In this document: positions 62,523-64,000 of the stretch, one piece after another
Numbering within the stretch: position 1 is the stretch's first letter
Layout: each line of letters opens with the position of its first letter
Origin: Chiloscyllium plagiosum
Taxonomy: Eukaryota
NCBI RefSeq assembly: GCF_004010195.1
Contig: NC_057749.1
Location: forward strand, 17,377,778-17,441,777
DNA: 64,000 bases
Reading direction: 5' to 3'
The notes under the pieces: generated by a model
What the model was told of the DNA's origin: nothing
Database searches by the model: none
Seen by the model: the letters and a program-made list of their open reading frames with translations, nothing else
Program-made: the position numbers and the translations under genes

Positions 62523-64000
62523 GGGAGAAAGTGCGCACTGCAGATGTTGAGAGTGTGGTGCTAGAAAAGCACAGTCGATCAGGCAGCATCCGAGGAGCAG
62601 GAGAATCAGCGTTTCAAGCATAAGCCCTTCATCAAGAATGGGGCTTGTGGGCCAAGGAGGCTGTGAGATAAATGGGGGGGGGGGGGGGGGTCCAAGTTGG
62701 AAGGTTGGATCTGGAATGAGGTGGAAGGAGGGGATATGAGGAAACTGGTGAAATCCACATTGATGCCATGTGGTTGGAGGGTCCCATGGCAGAAGATGAG
62801 GCATTCTTCCTCTAGGCATTGGGTGGTAAAGGTTTGGTGGTGGAGGCGGCCCAGGACCTGAATGTCCTTGGGGGAGTGGGAGAGGGAGTAAAAGTGTACA
62901 CCCACAGGCGGTGCGGTTGTTTGCTACATGTGTCCTGGAGGTGTTCTCTGAAGCGTTCCTCAAGTACCTGTCCTGCCTCAAAAATGTAGAGGAGACCACA
63001 TTGCGAGCAATGGATACAGTAAATGACGTGTGGAAGTGCAGGTAAATCTCTGACAGATGTGGAAGGCTCCTTTGGGACCTCGGATGGAGGTAAGGGGAAG
63101 GTGCTGGGTGGGGGGGTGTTGGTGAAGGGCGTGGACCTGACGAGAGTCACGAAGGGAATGGCCTTTACGGAACGTGGATAGGGGTGGGGAGGGAAATATA
63201 TTCCTGGCAATGGGGTCTGTCTGTAGGTGGCGGAAATGCCGGAGGATGATGCGATGCATCTGGAGGTTGGTGGAGTGGAAGGTGAGGACCAGGGGAGTGC
63301 TCTCCTTGTTGCAGCTGGAGGGTGGAGTTTAAGGGCGGAGGTGCAGGAAGTGGAGGAGATGTACTGGAGGGCATCGTCGGCCATGTGGGAGGGGAAATTG
63401 CGGTCTTTGAAGAAGGAGATTATCTGGTCTGTTCGTTGGTGGAATTGGTCCTCCTGGGAGCAGGTGCAGTGGAGGCAGTTGAATTGGGAATAAGGGGGTA
63501 GTGTTTTGACAGGAGGCATGGTGGGAGGAGGTGTAGTCCAGGTAGCTCTGGGAATCGATGGGTTTGTAGTAGATGTCCGTGTTGAGTTGGTCACCATTAA
63601 TGGAGATGGAGAGGTCCAGGAAGGGGAGGGAGGTTTCAGAGATGGTCTAGGTGAACTTATGATCGGGGTGGAATGTGCTGGTGAAGTTGATGAACTGTTC
63701 CAATGTCCTCGTGGTGCTGATACAGTCATCGATGTAGCAGAGGAAAAGTTGGAGAATGGCGCCGGTGTAGCTGCGGAAGATGGACTGTTCCATGTACCTG
63801 ACGAAGAGATAGGCATAGCTGGGGTACATGCTACCCCGGTGATCTGGATGAAGTGGGAGGATTCAAAGGAGAAATTACTGTGGGTGAGGACCAGTTCAGC
63901 CAAACTAACAAGAGTGTCAGTGGAAGGGTACTGGTGGGGATGATGGGGGAAGAAGGAATGGAGGGCTTGGAGGCCTTCATCATGACAGATAGATGTGAAT
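62523..64000 (-). mobile_element. Neptune-type Penelope-like element (frameshifted RT plus GIY-YIG), running off the window
   Basis: AELVLTHSNFSF...ITGVA, PSYAYLFV...FLCYIDDCI (RT catalytic motif), VIYCIHCSQCGLLYI.E..ERFREH and LIFCHGTLQPHGIN. Terminal repeat with decayed hammerhead at about 62603-62640. Confidence 0.9.

Noticed and set aside
62812..63903. 363-aa Ser/Pro-rich novel protein
   Set aside because: Frameshifted PLE RT/GIY-YIG; the central part is off-frame.

Overview
Vertebrate genomic window, almost certainly a cartilaginous fish (shark), judged from HE1/V-SINE-type and Deu-domain SINEs and dense CR1 LINEs. It lies wholly inside one + strand gene, unconventional myosin IXa (MYO9A). 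I can map 17 coding exons by canonical AG/GT sites and matching phases. They run from the loop-2 insertion of the motor domain through the converter, IQ motifs and long tail exon to the C1 zinc finger. One conserved motor exon is absent and probably lies in the 500-N gap; the RhoGAP domain would lie beyond the window end. The introns are mostly degraded retroelements: CR1 LINEs (often nested), a second CR1-group LINE with a tRNA-like head plus a SINE that appears derived from it, and at least four families of Penelope-like elements (PLEs) or PLE-associated terminal repeats. The most notable hidden signal is about 20 minimal type-I hammerhead ribozyme motifs (CUGANGA-N-stem II-GAAA-palindromic stem III-NUH) carried by these repeats. 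Several have intact cores and most are antisense to MYO9A. Many sit at the centre of fold-back insertions or at the edge of tiny solo insertions. One tandem pair defines a 281-nt retrozyme-like unit. Family names come from recalled motifs, not database searches, and repeat boundaries are approximate.
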